DNA of 64,000 nucleotides, taken from NCBI GenBank assembly GCA_951406725.2, contig OX597818.1, positions 67,146,001 to 67,210,000 on the forward strand, written 5' to 3'. Position 1 is the stretch's first letter; each line of letters opens with the position of its first letter. The notes under the pieces are model-generated. The model ran no database searches. It worked only from the letters and a program-made list of their open reading frames with translations, and was not told the origin of the DNA. Source of the stretch: Octopus vulgaris (Eukaryota). The position numbers and the translations under genes are program-made. Below are positions 10,425 through 23,851 of the stretch, piece by piece.

Positions 10425-13230
10425 GAACTGATATCAATAAAAGAAACGCTGAAACAAAAAGTCCAAGCAAAAGCCCAAAGAATACGAAGATTTGAGAAGA
10501 GAAACAAGTTTTACAAGCAAAATAAGCTGTTCACATCCAATGCCAAAAAATTCTACAGAGAAATAGGGAAGGAGAAAGTAACCGTTAAAGACCCTCCTCC
10601 CATGGAAGAAGTTCAAAACTTTTGGGAAAGGATTTGGAGTGACAAGAAGACGTACAACATAAATGCAAACTGGATTATACAAACTGAAGGATCCTACCAA
10701 AATTTACAACAACAAGCATGGGAAGACATCACAATAGCAGACCTAAGAAAGGCACTCACGAAGGCCCATAATTGGAAATCCCCCGGTAAAGATAGGGTGC
10801 CGAATTTCTGGCTCGCATCGCTCCCGTGCGCACACGGTAAGCTAGTTCAGCTGCTTAATGGAATTTTGAGAGACCCAAAGAAAACACCTGAATGGTTAGC
10901 AAGTGGCATTACTTACCTACTCCCAAAGAATAACGAAACCAACCTTCCAAAAAACTATCGGCCTATAACCTGTCTATCCACCACGTATAAAATCCTAACA
11001 TCTATCCTGGCGGAGAAAACATATGCATTCATGGAGAAGAACGATATTTTCCCCATTGAACAAAAAGGGTACCGCCGAGGCTCTTACGGATGCAAAGATC
11101 AACTGCTAATCAATCGTATGATCCTTGAGAACTGTCACAACAAGCGCAGAAATCTCAGCACCGCATGGATTGACTATAAAAAGGCCTTCGACAGAATACC
11201 GCATCCATGGATCTTGAGATCGCTGGACATCTTTAAAATTTCCCCTGTGATTTCAAACTTCCTGAAGCACAATATGTCGTTGTGGAATACGAATCTCCAA
11301 TTATACCACTCTAATGGAGTACTTGCCTCAGAAAATATAAACATCAACTGTGGAATTTTTCAAGGTGACTCACTTTCACCTTTAATAGTCTGCATAGCCC
11401 TAATACCCCTTACAAGTGAATTAAACAGAACAGGGTATGGGTATAAAATTGCCAATAAAAAAATAAGCCATCTATTTTATATGGATGACTTAAAACTTTA
11501 TGGTAAAGACAATAATGAACTTGAAGGCCTATTGCGCACAGTGAAAGCATTCAGCGATGACATCGGGATGGAGTTTGGACTTGAGAAGTGTGCCAAGGCC
11601 ACTTTCCAGAAAGGGAAAGTGAAGACCACAAATTCAGTCGTGTTAGATGTTGACACAGTCATAAGAGAGCTTGAGCAAGAACAGACATACAAATATTTAG
11701 GGATAAATGAAGGCTCTGGTATTCAGCATGCAAGCATGAAAGAAAAGCTCAGGAAGGAATGTTATAGGAGAGTCCGTGCAGTCCGGAAATCTGAACTAAA
11801 TGCACGTAACAAGGTATTAGCTATAAATTCCTTAGCAGTTCCAGTTGTTACTTATAGCTACAATGTGTTGAACTGGAATATGAGTGAAGTAAAGAATATA
11901 GATAGAAAAATACGCAAGCTGCTGAGTTGTAATAGGATGCACCACCCAAAGGCAGACGTAGATCGCCTTTACCTTCCCAGAGCCCATGGAGGTCGAGGCC
12001 TGATCCAATTTGAAATAGCTTACAAAACAACCACAATTGGACTGGCCAAATATCTCGAAATATCGAATGACTGGATGCTAAAGCTCGTGGAAAATCACGA
12101 GAGACGAAAGAAGCTTCATTCTATCATCAAGGAAAGCAAAAAATTTGCTATTGATCTCGTGCAGGATACCCAAACTGAACAACCCGAGGGAAGTACGGCA
12201 ACTATTGTTGCAAAGAAGGTGAAAATGATGGCAATGAAAAAAGCGCACGAGCAATTGGCTGATAGGTGGGAGGAGAAACCTCTGCACGGCAAATATGTGA
12301 CCCGCAGCAAACAAGCTGATGTTGACCAGAAGCAAACCCATCAGTGGCTGCGGAGCTCAGGGCTAAAAGCAGAGAGCGAAGGTTTCATCCTGGCTGCTCA
12401 AGACCAAAGCCTATTAACCCGGAACTACCAGGCCAATGTGATGAAAAATGGAGCAGACCCAAAATGCCGATTCTGCAACGACATGATTGAAACAGTGGAC
12501 CACCTAATCTCTGGATGTAAAGTCTTAGCACCAGTGGAGTATAAATTAAGACATGACAGAGTTGGCCAATATCTCCACTGGCTAATAAGTCGGCATTACA
12601 ATATCAAAACTGCCGACAAGTGGTATAATCACCACCCTGAGGCTGTAACTGAAGGAGAAAATGTAACCATTCTGTGGGACTTTCCAGTACATACAGACCG
12701 AACCATCAAGGCCAATAAACCAGATATTGTTGTGAAAGACCAAAACAATAAAGTTTGCTTATTGATCGACATGAGCATCCCCTGTGATCATAATATCTCA
12801 GCGAAAGAGTTTGACAAGCTCAGAAAATATAAAGACCTACTCATTGAAATTGAGAAAATGTGGCATCTCAAGGCGGTTACAATACCAGTGATCGTAGGAG
12901 CACTAGGAATGATCAAGAAGGGAACCGAAAATTATATGAGAATGATCCCTGGCTTACCATCCCTGCAAGAAGTGCAAAAGATTGTCTTAACTGGTACATC
13001 ACACGTATTGAGAAGAGCATTGTCGATGTGAGAACTGTTGCTGCTCATGTATTTTAATTTAACTTTAAAAAAAAAAAAAAAAATGAACGAACTACTGAGT
13101 TTGGTTTAATGGCCTACCAATATACACTATGAGTTTCTTTGCCCTAGGAGTCGGGAAGACACTCGGCAAAAAATGGAAGAAAATTTGAAAGAAGAAAAAA
13201 AAAAGTAATAATAATAATAATAATAATGAT
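10425..13230 (+). mobile_element. 5'-truncated R4/Dong-clade non-LTR retrotransposon inserted in an (AAT)n microsatellite
   Basis: Single RT-RLE ORF, about 170-nt 3'UTR and a (TAA)n tail. TAA repeats flank both sides, the known Dong target. Confidence 0.9.
10602..13031 (+). CDS. Reverse transcriptase plus CCHC zinc knuckle plus PD-(D/E)xK restriction-like endonuclease (R4/Dong)
   Basis: KSPGKD, NYRPITCL, WIDYKKAFD, GIFQGDSLSP, YMDD, YKYLG; CRFC..H...C; RHD; KPDIVV..LIDMSIP..K..KY. The frame stays open upstream to the GAA tract (ELISIKETLKQKVQAKAQRIRRFEKR), so the annotated Met is internal. Confidence 0.93.
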   Translation: MEEVQNFWERIWSDKKTYNINANWIIQTEGSYQNLQQQAWEDITIADLRKALTKAHNWKSPGKDRVPNFWLASLPCAHGKLVQLLNGILRDPKKTPEWLASGITYLLPKNNETNLPKNYRPITCLSTTYKILTSILAEKTYAFMEKNDIFPIEQKGYRRGSYGCKDQLLINRMILENCHNKRRNLSTAWIDYKKAFDRIPHPWILRSLDIFKISPVISNFLKHNMSLWNTNLQLYHSNGVLASENININCGIFQGDSLSPLIVCIALIPLTSELNRTGYGYKIANKKISHLFYMDDLKLYGKDNNELEGLLRTVKAFSDDIGMEFGLEKCAKATFQKGKVKTTNSVVLDVDTVIRELEQEQTYKYLGINEGSGIQHASMKEKLRKECYRRVRAVRKSELNARNKVLAINSLAVPVVTYSYNVLNWNMSEVKNIDRKIRKLLSCNRMHHPKADVDRLYLPRAHGGRGLIQFEIAYKTTTIGLAKYLEISNDWMLKLVENHERRKKLHSIIKESKKFAIDLVQDTQTEQPEGSTATIVAKKVKMMAMKKAHEQLADRWEEKPLHGKYVTRSKQADVDQKQTHQWLRSSGLKAESEGFILAAQDQSLLTRNYQANVMKNGADPKCRFCNDMIETVDHLISGCKVLAPVEYKLRHDRVGQYLHWLISRHYNIKTADKWYNHHPEAVTEGENVTILWDFPVHTDRTIKANKPDIVVKDQNNKVCLLIDMSIPCDHNISAKEFDKLRKYKDLLIEIEKMWHLKAVTIPVIVGALGMIKKGTENYMRMIPGLPSLQEVQKIVLTGTSHVLRRALSM

Positions 13231-13272
13231 AAATAATAATAATAATAATTACATTGAAAAATCCCTTAGGAA

Positions 13273-13320
13273 TAACACCTGATGAAGGCTGGAGGGTATA
13301 TCAGCCGAAACGTTGTGCTA
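13273..13320 (+). ncRNA. Minimal type I hammerhead ribozyme motif in the composite SINE tail
   Basis: taacac CTGATGA a ggctg..cagcc GAAAC GTT gtgcta: both core boxes, 5-bp stem II, imperfect stem I and essentially no stem III (Penelope-style minimal HHR). Confidence 0.6.
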
Positions 13321-14190
13321 ACAACAAACAGGATGAGGACTTATATCCATCAAATGTTAATAATATACATAATTTACTTTGACACATTATATACTGACTT
13401 ATATACGATACGTCTTTTGTGATTATAAGAGTTCATTACGGAATATTTCCAATAGATATAAATGCCATCACATTTGTTTCCGTAGATACATTAATTAACC
13501 AATAGTTGTGTGCTATGTATTTTATGCCTTTTGCTTCTTTCTCCATGTTGTGTTCATGTTTTACATAGGATGGGTATTTATCCTGTGCTGCTATGATGAA
13601 TTCTATTCCTTCTTTAATTTCGGGCTTCCTTCATTAGTGCACTTGCGCATCGGTTTATTTCGACGTATCGAGTTAAGCAGATTTGTGACTGGAATATATT
13701 TTAGAATCTCATTCTGCTATTTTTTTGTAATTCCTTAAATTTGTATTTTCCGTGCCCCAAGTTCCCTCTCCACTAGAAGTAGAGTTTGTGTGCTTTATTG
13801 CTGTTTCAATACACTTAGAAAAAATGTTTTTTCTCCATTTACACATGGGCTATTATAACCACAATGAATTTCTATTCCTGATATTTGACTAATATTCCAA
13901 AAATGGTGTTGTTACTGTATTCCTGTGTACTAGTTGTATTAATTTCCACTTGACCATCATCCTTCTGCAGAAGAAGGCATATTGTATCAGCACCAATTTT
14001 GGCATCTCGACCCTGGAAGACTTCCAGTTCAATCACGTTAAAGACGTAACTGAATCTTTAATCTATAACCCTCAATTTATTTCCTCTATGTTATATATTT
14101 ATTTCAAAGAGGAGTACTTTTCCCCAAATCTAGTTTCAGCGTTCGTCTCTAATTTCCTGTGGACCGTCTCAGAGAAATCGTTCTTTATAC

Positions 14191-14729
14191 ATGTTTTCGA
14201 TCTAGTTCGGATTATTTGCCATGAAATTTGAATTCTTCAATTGGTGCTCAAGCTTTGAAGAAAAAAGAGTTAAACTATATCAGCCGTAAGGGAATACATG
14301 TCTATCTTATCTAAGCCCACCAATTGATATCTGAAAAGTTCAATGAAATAACTCATGAACACTGCGATAGCTTCTACCAAAAGTTGCTTCAACATATTTA
14401 CGTCGTTGACAGGTCTGAACAAGGGGAAATAATAGAAAAAAGAATCATTCGTTTATTATCTCCCCTTGTCCGGACCGGTCGACGACGTAAATATGTTAAA
14501 GCATCTTTTGGTAGAAGTTATCACAGTGTTCATGAGTTATTTCATCGAACTTTTCAGATATCAATTGGTGGGCTCTACTGGACGAGTTAGATAAGATAGA
14601 CATGTATTCCCTTACGGCTGATGTAGTTTAACTCTTTTTTTCTTCAAGGCTTGAAAACCAATTGAAAAATTCAAATTTGATTGCAAATAAGTCAAATTTG
14701 ATGGCAAAACATCTATAGATCGAAAACAT
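14191..14729. repeat. Long imperfect palindrome (about 255-280 bp arms, centre at 14446)
   Basis: cagccgtaagggaatacatgtctatcttatctaa mirrors ttagataagatagacatgtattcccttacggctg; gcccaccaattgatatctgaaaagttc mirrors gaacttttcagatatcaattggtgggc; centre gaat-c-attc. Confidence 0.92.
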
Positions 14730-15549
14730 CTATATTTAAGCAGCTCCTGCTCCCTTGAAAGTTCTACATGCATCATTTCTTGTAACCTACCAAAGGTCTT
14801 GAATAATTTCATTAGGTTATCTCGCGAAAGAAAAACAAGGCTAATACTGCTCAGCAAACGACACAACTATTTCGCAATAGTGTAACTGGGAAAAATATGG
14901 TTGCATCACTGCGAAATATTTCTATTCTTATATGTTTACAGAGCATTTTAATCCTCTCACATCTTTTGTGCAAAATTTCTTTCTTTATATGATATGCTGC
15001 GATTCATGAATGGAATAATTTTGTATATTTTACAGTTAATATGTTGTATAGAGATGTATTTATGAATTCTTTGTCATCCTACTTGGGGCAGTGGTTTAGT
15101 GAATGTACAGAGTATCGAAAAATGGCTTTCATATATTTTGAGTTTTGTTTTAAAAAGAAGCACCATCATTTTCACTATTGCATTTATTCCTGTGTAGCAA
15201 TAAAAGTGCTTCTGTTTTCATAATCAACTGTACTTTTGCAATCTTTGCTATCCGTAGTTGCGCTAGAAACAATTATCATCCACCGAGTCCACTGTAACTT
15301 CGTCACACATGCAATGAATGATTCCATATTCGAATACATATCTCTACATCTTTGTCACTAATGTCTAATCATTCATTCCCCGTCCATCATTAAATTGCTA
15401 GTCGCTGTAGCATCAATACACAACGAAACATTCATAAAAGTGTGAACTACGTGTTTCACGCAGATGGTGTCCAACGTCATATTCTTCCACACGTAATAGA
15501 AAAACAATCGCAGTCACAGAAAGTTTGGAGCACTTTATAAAATATTAGT

Positions 15550-15895
15550 TCCAGAATTTGGCATGAGGCCAGTAATTTTGTGGGCAGGGGGAAACTTGAA
15601 AAGCAAAGTTGACCGCGGCAGATTTCGAACACAGAAAGTAAAGACAGACGAAATGCCTATTTCTAATTTTTTACTACCCACAAGGGGCTAAACATAGAGG
15701 GGACAAACAAGGACAAACAATCGGATTAACTCGATTGTATCAGCACTAATGCGCAACTAGTGCTTAATTTATCGACCCCGAAAGGATGAAAAGCAAAGTC
15801 GACCTCGGCGGAATCTGAACTCAGAACGTAACGGCAGACGAAATGGTGTTAAGCAATATGTCCGGCGTGCTAACATGTGTGCCAGCTCGCCGCCT
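15550..15895 (-). mobile_element. SINE family A, partial dimer
   Basis: Same head, core and tail as 3222-3450, with a duplicated segment. Confidence 0.85.
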
Positions 15896-16649
15896 TAATA
15901 CCTTATGTAATATCCAATACAGTACAATGGGTCGCAAGCAGAGGAACATTTCATTTACCAAAATTTATTTCAATCAATGCTAGCGTTATTTTAATAAATC
16001 AAAATGAACATATTTATTTATTATTTTCTGAACAATCTTACAAGTAAAAATTTTATTAATTTTTTTTTCTGGCTGGTCTTGTGGTGGTATATTGAACCCT
16101 CACCTTTTACCTAACATTGGTGATCCAATATTCTGCCACAGAACAAAACGCAATCCGAGTTGCCATTTCACGAAAAAGTAAATTTATACAGCAATCACAC
16201 ATTCGTGGCTCTCATTTGAATATTTTTCATAACATAAATAAAAAGATTCAATTAACTTTTGTGTCTGTTGCGAATGTTGCTGCGTGCTGCATAGATACTG
16301 CATACTTGATCGAATTTAATAATCTTGATATTCGATAAGAAATATGAAATCTTCAATATAAGAAACAATTCAATGTATTCGAATATTGTGTATATTATTA
16401 TTTTGAAGTGGAATTGGCATTTTGTCCTATTGTTTTTTTCGGGTTTCTAAGGATTTGAACATCTGACACTATAACTTATTTTGATTAAATGATTGGCCAT
16501 TGTCGTTCTTCATCATATTTAAACTTTGCTACCGAGTTAAGATGAACAAAAGAAGTTTACTGTGAATGCTTTCTACATATTATAATGCAAAAAATATTCT
16601 ATTGTATTTAGCCGTCGAAGTAGAGGATGATAAAATATTATGAATTGAG

Positions 16650-17030
16650 AGGCGGCGAGCACGCCGGGCAAAATTGCTTAGCGGTATTTCGTCTGCCGCT
16701 ACGTTCTGAGTTCAAATTCCGCCGAGGTCGACTTTACCTTTCATCCTTTCGGGGTCGATGAAATAAGTACCAGTTACGCACTAGGGTCGATATAATCGAC
16801 TTAATCCGTTTGTCTGTCCTTGTTTGTCCCCTCTATGTTTAGCCCCTTGTGGGTAGTAAATAAATAGGTATTTCGTCTGTCTTTACGTCCTGAGTTCCAA
16901 TTCCGTCGTGGTCGACCTTGTCTTTCATTCTTTCGCGGTCGATAAATTAAGTACCAGTTGCGTACTGGGGCTGATCTAATCGACTTGCCCACTCACCCAA
17001 AATGTTGGGCCATGTGCCGTGAGTAGAACA
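16650..17030 (+). mobile_element. SINE family A, partial dimer
   Basis: GGCGGCGAGC...GAGTTCAAATTCC...CCTTTCATCCTTTCGGGGTCGAT, followed by a repeat of the core. Confidence 0.85.
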
Positions 17031-19519
17031 GGATATTCGTTCACCATGTGGAAACGGGCGTTAATATATTTACTTCCCCTGTCAGTCAACTGTTCTGCAA
17101 AACTAGCCGACAGGCAATGTACCCGGTTTAAAAAGAAATACCGATGTCGATTCGTTCGACTAAAATCTTTTAGGGCGGTGCTCAACCATATCTGCAATTA
17201 AAGTGTGTGAAACAAATACAGAAAAGACATCCTTGAAATTGTAAACAACAAAGATTCCTTTCAAGCGTCGTTCATAAAGAACCAACAAATCCATGCATTA
17301 TAGATTCACGTTTATTCTAGCGTTTGGACTGTGTTTAATACTTAAGCATGTCAGAATAAAATTACAGACGCAGAAGTGCGGGCTGCATCCTGATATCTCG
17401 AAGATAATTAAATCCAGAAATGCAAGTACATTCCTGCCACAGAACAACCCCGTCATTACAATATGTTCGCGTTTCCCTTCGTATTAAATATACCGAACTT
17501 TATAATACTTGATAACTCGTAATTGGCAGTACAAAACCGGTTTTGGTTTTGTCAAACATTTGATATGTAGATTAGGGGAAATATTTACTTACACAAAGTG
17601 GTTTAAAGATAACATTACAATATGTGTGTGCACGGGGGTGTGTGTGTGTGTGTGTATTCTTTAAATTGATTCAGGTTTAAAGCTGCTGTCAAATATATAT
17701 GAGAAGTAATACAGGACAGAAAAAAATAATATAACAGCAAGGTTATGTTCAGGATAAATATAGTGTGGGTTTGTTCTGAATCATTTACATATTATTCGAG
17801 TGCAGGGGTTAAGAAAATGGACACACTTTACTTTTTAGAAGGCTCTGGTAACCGTCGTGACCTTATAGATAAGAGAAAATGTTATTTGGAAAACGTTGAA
17901 TTTTCATAAACGTTTTGTTATCATCCGAGAATAAATGGATGTAAATATATTAAGTAAAACTGGCTAAAATATATCAGGTTAGAAGGTTAAAATATATCAG
18001 GTGAAAAAGGAAATATAGAAGAAGCAAAGAATATTTTAAAAAATAAAGAGAGAAAACATGTTAAATCTCATCTAGGAGTTATCAGCTATTTCCTTGGTGG
18101 TAGAGATTTGAAGGGTTATCTAAAAGATTATATTATTAGCTAATCAGGGATACCCTGACGTCTACTTACAGGCAAGTGGATTTAGCCTGTAAGGCTTAAG
18201 TGGGGGTCTGAATATTTTCTGATTTAAATACAAAATATTCTACCAGAAACAAAGATAAACTTCGTACGGATATTGAAAAATATCAAGAACTCGAATAAAT
18301 GTATGCAACTGAATTGTGAATAAAACATAATATTCTATACAAACTTCGATCTTAGTGGCATCTGTTCATAATGTTGCACACAAAAATTGTTCCGACCATT
18401 TGGAAATATAATCGTGGAAATTAGCTGCAGTAACATAGCAACATCATAATTAATTTTGATTTCAAATTTTGGCGCAATGCCAGTAATATCGGGGGAGAAG
18501 GTGAGTTGATTATATTGACACCGGTACTCAAGTGGTGCTTATGTTATCGTCCCTGAAATGATGAAATGCTAAGTCGACATCGGCTACATTTGGAGTCCGG
18601 ACGAAAAGACAGACAAAATGCAACTGAACATTTTGCCTCGGGTGCTACAGTTTCGGTGAGCTTGCAGCCTTATTGCCATAACACAAGGAATGCAAACGTT
18701 TCTCCTTGATTCTCTTATTTTCATTATAGCTACTTGGTGGTTTACTGAAAAGAACTTGAAATGTTTAAGTATATTTCTTAATTAGATTGGTGTGTAACGT
18801 TCTGCTAATGCGATATGAACAGCTCAGATGAATACGAAATTCTTTTGCCGACTGTAATAGGCGATCAGTTAATTAACCCAAGAACACCCCTACCTTGTAA
18901 CATTCATACAGTCTATTATTGCAGCTGCTCATATGAAATGCATATTCTCTTAAATAGACGGAATAATTAGCTTAAATATTTAATTCTGTATCCGCCAACT
19001 GATTTTACGTTCAGACCCACTGCAAAAGTTTCCTATTATAGCCCTTTGATGACCAATGACTCGCCGGCTAATTTGGTAGATGGAATCTGTAATACACATT
19101 TGTCTGTGAATATACACAAACACACACACATATCCCCCAACTCACTTTAGTTCCAAATGCTTTTCCAATTTTAAATTCTTCCTATACTTTTTCATTAATC
19201 TAATACAACTTGGACCTCGTGTGTTGCTTCTTGTTTTCTATTCATTTCCATAATATATAAACATTTCCTGTGCGTGTCTATGTTTGTGTGTATTTATGTA
19301 ACTCTAAATGCGAGTGAGTGTACGTGAATGACTATATCCCCCTTTGAAGCGCTGTTTAATTAATACATGATAACAGAATCCGTCCAAGATTAGAATAGTA
19401 ACGGGTTCGATTCGTTCGAAGGAAAGCTTCCAGGTGCCACTGCTAGCAGATCTGTTATTAGCGAGACGAGCATGGAAATATAAAAATATTATTTCTTGTT
19501 CTAATGTTTCAGGAATATC

Positions 19520-19890
19520 ATCTTTTAGCTTTTTGTTCCACTCAGTAGACAGCGGTCACGCTGTAGCAAAGACTTGAGGAGTTTTAGTCGAAGGAATCGA
19601 CTCCTGTACTTACTTTTCTTTTTAGCCCCGGAGCTTAATCTCTCCTGTTTTTGCAGAATACCAAACCTACGTGGACGCAAACACACCAACACCGCTTGTG
19701 ACGCTGGGGGCGGACAAAAACATAGAAAACTAAACACTTATGCTTGGTGGACTTTTTTCAGTTTCCAAATTAGAAATCCGTTCGAAAGCTTTCGGCCGGA
19801 CTGAGGCTATCGGGGAAGAGACTTGCCCAATGTGCCATTCAGTAGAACTTAATCTGGAGCCATGTAGTTTGGAAGCAAATGTGGCACCAC
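19520..19890 (-). mobile_element. SINE family B, degenerate
   Basis: Reverse complement resembles 62364-62770 (GGGCAAGTCTCTTC...ATAGCCTC). Confidence 0.6.
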
Positions 19891-21789
19891 CCAGAACTCT
19901 TAATCATTTATTAATGTTCTAATTAAATATAATAATACATCTGTGTTTTTATTGCAGAATTTGGTGTTGTAGTCTAAAAGATCGATTTTGACCAAACCTA
20001 GTTTAGTTGCAAGACATAGGGCCTACAGTCAAAGTCACTTCAGCTGTGATCTTCTAATCTATGTTTCCTACAGTATAACTAAGGCAATCGTATCTAATTT
20101 GCTCTTCCTTGTTACAAGATCCTGTGATCTGGTTTCAAAGGGAATTAACTGTTATTTCAAGCAAATCCTCTACTCAGAGACCACGTCACAATCTCTTGTT
20201 TTCATTGTATTGTGCTCATAAATTTTGTCTCCGATATAAATATCCTCAATACATCGGAGAACCTTTTTTTCGTGGGATGAGTTTATTTACTTTTCCGAAT
20301 GTTGTTTTCGAATCTGTGTTTCCGGCTGACCATTTATTTGTTTTATTTCGATCGGCAGATGACGAACGCAGTATTAATGATGAGAATCGAAAACCATAAA
20401 TACATTCACCACTCTAGCTCTGCGTACATAAACGCCCTTGAAGAATTGGTTGGTTTCCTATCTAATCAAATCTTTAATGAGATTTGTCACATTTAAACTA
20501 ATATATATTTTATATTGAATTTCCTGTTTTTACTTTCTTTTATTGTTGCTCATAATTTGATTTACATTCCCAATTTGTAAGTTTCTTCTTGACCTGAAAT
20601 TCAATATAATGTCATTTCATGGTTAGGAATATAAATTTAGCTACAAGAAAATCACACCAAGGAAAATATTTTGGTTGTATTCGGACTGAATTTAATATTG
20701 TATTTGTCATTAATTGTTCATCCTCTAATTAATGATGGTACTTGGCAATTTCAATAGCTCTTTTAATTTGTTCAGCATCTTCATATAGACAATTTAAAGC
20801 ACAGTTGCTGATAAGATAACACTATATTCCTAACACATTTTACGGTGAAAAAAATCTTGAAATTATATACAAGTATCGGTATATCAAAGAATACTAATCC
20901 GCAATAATCTAGAGTTAGGCTTAAGTCGCTGTCAAGCTGTTTGTGGAATTCTGAAAGTGACGTACTTCTATGTCCTTTTAATGATTACTTCGAGAACCCC
21001 GTTAATGTTTATTCTAATGTTTGCCTGGACTATAACAAACGTTGAGATGTTTGCCTCACTGATTTGAACATCTTAATAAAATATTTTCTCTTAAGCTTAA
21101 ATTACCTTCAGTTGATGCAAATGAATGGGAGCTGAGGGACGCGAAGTTGGGTTCATATTCATGCCAGTAATGAATTTCAGATCCGGCCATTAATATAACT
21201 TCACAATTCAGCACTTTCATGAAGTAGACCAGTATTCTAAGTTGACAGTTCAACTTTGCTTTTGGAAATACGTTTAATATACCGATCTGTGGGTATTAAG
21301 TTACATTTTTCCGGACCAAATTAGGAAAGAAATTCTACAATATTTTTCCACCAATATACATGCCAAAGTCCTCCTCTAATCGTTGGTAAATCTTTTTCTC
21401 TCCACCTCGTCAATTACTGGAGCATACATTCTTACCATGGTTCCGTTAGTAACTAAATCCTTTAGGATTTGAACTGGATGTAAAGGCCAAAATATTCTGC
21501 CTGTTTCATATTCAATTCGGCCACATCAAAACACTAACTTTTATACTACGATGTCATTCTAAAAATAAACCATCACGTTTTTGAAATATTGATGCTTAAT
21601 TAATTCCAAATGATGTGAAGAAGTATTACACTTGGCAGAATAATCGGAATGATAAAGGGATATATATATATATAAGATAAAGGGTCTTAAATAACAACAT
21701 CAATGGCCCATAAAACAATTCAAATTTTTCCTGTTTTTTATTTTCCTTTGTCTTTATTTTCTTCATCTCCTTTCGACATTTCTCCTGCT

Positions 21790-21927
21790 TTACTATTTAC
21801 TACTACCACCACCACCACCACCACTACTACTACTACTTCTACCACCCCCAACCCCACAACGACCACCACCAACACTACCAACACTACTAATAATAATAAT
21901 AATATTAATACAACTACCATCACCACC

Positions 21928-21962
<35 letters not shown>

Positions 21963-22085
21963 AGCAGAAACTTCGTGAACTAATGCTATTACTAGTACTA
22001 CTACTATTACTATTGTGTTGCTGCAACTGATACTACTGCGATTACCAGTTCTGTTGCTGCTGCTGCGGCTGCTACTACTCTTACT
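21790..22085. repeat. Compound (ACT)/(ACC)/(AAT) microsatellite
   Basis: Directly visible. Confidence 0.93.
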
Positions 22086-22744
22086 GCATTTCTCTGTCGT
22101 TTCTTGTCAATTCCTCAGTTTATTGATGTGACTAGTTATATGCTTTTCGTCCTTTAGGCATTGATTAAAAGCAGTACCAGTCATTTACGGAGGGCAATGT
22201 TATTTGATTTCTCATGAAATGCAACTTGCTGGCTTTATGCCGAAAATTTGAAATAAAACTGGTTGAAGTAGGAATAGCAGTAGCGCATTGGCAACTAAAC
22301 CTGTGATCTAAATATTCAGAAACATATTATAATATACACAACTTATACTTCTTACTACAAATCCAGAAGAAAACATGCGACGGTTTCCAAAATATATATA
22401 TATATATATATAAAATATCGAAAAGGAATTACACATAGCAAATAAAGAGTGACTTTCTAGCGATTAGACGTGAAAGACCAGACACTTGCAGATTCAGTTC
22501 TACAGAAAGAAAAACAAAAGGATTTCATTTAAAAGTTATATTGGAAGACAATATATCTGTTTCTTCTCACATCTCGCTTATAATGAAAATCTAACGGAAC
22601 TGATATTACTTCCCGTTGTCACCGACGCTGTTTACAAATGTGGATTAATGACAGAGGAAAAAAAAACAGATTTCGTTAGACACTATATTAATATTTGTGA
22701 TAACCGTATAGATTCTTAGCCGTACACGCACATCATTTATGCAC

Positions 22745-22783
22745 ATGCATAACACACACTCATATACATTTACATATATACAC

Positions 22784-22843
<60 letters not shown>

Positions 22844-22983
22844 ATATATATATAAACGTATATGTATGTATACATATATATATATATATATATATACATA
22901 CATATGTATATATATATATATTTATAGATATATTGTGAATACATGTATACTTATATGCTTATATATTACTATTATAAAGATAT

Positions 22984-23030
<47 letters not shown>

Positions 23031-23095
23031 ATGTGTGTGGGTGTGTGTGTATGCATGTATTTGTGTGCGCGCGTGTGCATGTGTGTACATGTCTA
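22745..23095. repeat. (TA)n/(TG)n microsatellite block
   Basis: Directly visible. Confidence 0.95.
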
Positions 23096-23369
23096 CATTT
23101 AGTTATATATTGAATCTTTGGTGCCGGTTACTTGGACACAGAAAAAGAAATTTAATGGAGGAAAGTCAATGAATCTGAAGCATGAACGTAAATCTCTACT
23201 TCGGAAATACTTCGACAATGATTGAAAACAAGTTGATACACAGTAACACATCCAGCCAGGAAATTTATTCAGCTTGTAAAGCAAATTTTATAACTGATTT
23301 ACACAGAAGCTCTCCGACAGATGCACGCCTCCATAAAAACACACACACAGGACATATACACATAGATAC

Positions 23370-23645
23370 CTCAACACACAATCACACACACTCACACATA
23401 TATATATACACATTAACACCTCTACACACAATCATACACACACACATATATATATACACATTAACACCTCTACGCACAATCACACACACACACACATATA
23501 TATACACATTAACACCTCTACACACAATCATACACACACACATATATATATACACATTAACACCTCTACACACAATCACACACACATATATATATATACA
23601 CATTAACACCTCTATACACAATCATACACGCACACATATATATAA
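23370..23645. repeat. Minisatellite, about 44-48 bp unit, about 5 copies
   Basis: Repeated core ACACATTAACACCTCTACACACAATCA separated by CA/TA runs. Confidence 0.9.
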
Positions 23646-23851
23646 TGCACCTACGTATGAGAATTTATGATGTGTATGGTATGTGTTTGTGACTATACGC
23701 ATAATACGCACATGCAGTAACACGAAGGAAAATATACACATACACACACAAACACGCACATAAATACACATATACACATAAATACACATACATAAATAAA
23801 TAAATATATATATACATATATATATTTATTATACATATATATATATATATA

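Noticed and set aside
11498-12341. Antisense ORFs inside the LINE ORF
   Set aside because: Shadow frames of the RT coding sequence.
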